Shown here: positions 36,534 through 36,841 of the stretch, one piece after another
Position numbering within the stretch: the stretch's first letter is position 1
Layout: each line of letters starts with the position of its first letter
Assembly: GCA_040882355.1 (NCBI GenBank)
Contig: JBBEBM010000018.1
Location: 1 to 36,841, forward strand
From: Dehalococcoidia bacterium
Lineage (GTDB): Bacteria > Chloroflexota > Dehalococcoidia > DSTF01 > RBG-16-68-14
Direction of reading: 5' to 3'
Length of the DNA: 36,841 nt
The notes under the pieces: model-generated
Database searches by the model: none
What the model saw: the letters and a program-made list of their open reading frames with translations, nothing else
What the model was told of the DNA's origin: nothing
Translations under genes and position numbers: made by a program

Positions 36534-36692
36534 GAGCGTGGCCTCCAGGGGCGTTGAGCGTTTGAGGATGGAGTGATGCAGCGTTTGTGAGTGGTGCGCT
36601 CTGCGGGACTCGTCGGAGAGTCGCCTTTGGCGACAGCCCACGACTTCAGCTCTCCGCCTCAGGCGGACTCCCTCCAATCGAGCTGGAAAGTA

Positions 36693-36769
36693 TGGTGCGC
36701 TCGGCGGGACTCGAACCCACGACCTCAGCCTCCGCAGGGCTGCGCTCTATCCAACTGAGCTACGAGCGC
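36693..36769 (-). tRNA. tRNA-Arg(GCG)
   Basis: Full cloverleaf; stem CAGCC/GGCTG, loop CTGCGGA; CCA end. Confidence 0.95.
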
Positions 36770-36773
36770 GCAT

Positions 36774-36841
36774 TGGTGCCGAAGGTGGGATTTGAACCCA
36801 CACGCCCTTGCGAGCACTGCGCCCTGAACGCAGCGTGTCTA
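36774..36841 (-). tRNA. tRNA-Leu(CAG), 5' end outside window
   Basis: Loop TTCAGGG, long variable arm, GTTCAAAT T-loop, CCA end. Confidence 0.93.

Overview
High-GC bacterial DNA, probably Chloroflexota/Dehalococcoidia (inferred from a flexitail-like C-terminus and Cys-rich microproteins). The left ~25 kb looks like a decayed genomic island. Its right end is a tRNA-Arg(CCT) gene cut exactly at the anticodon loop (25140-25178), next to arm-type direct repeats and a truncated integrase-like ORF. The island carries a recombinase-like remnant, a 2512-aa multidomain S8 surface protease, and a general-stress-like cluster with many microproteins and a PAS/GAF two-component system. It also carries a defence-like block: a fused type IIG R-M enzyme, an AT-hook protein, an Nmad3-like protein and a hairpin-flanked non-coding GGY-NN pentamer array. 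That array is the most striking element and may be a guide RNA. The right ~11.6 kb is housekeeping: tRNA-Ala, O-methyltransferase, APH, AhbAB-like protein, sulfite-oxidase-like protein, MBL hydrolase, Tag, two CoA transferases, Mdh, tRNA-Arg(GCG) and tRNA-Leu. It includes small insertions (HEPN pair, RNase H), REP-like palindromes, a synonymously recoded duplicate gene end and two probable CTG starts. All calls come from reading motifs by eye; no searches were run.
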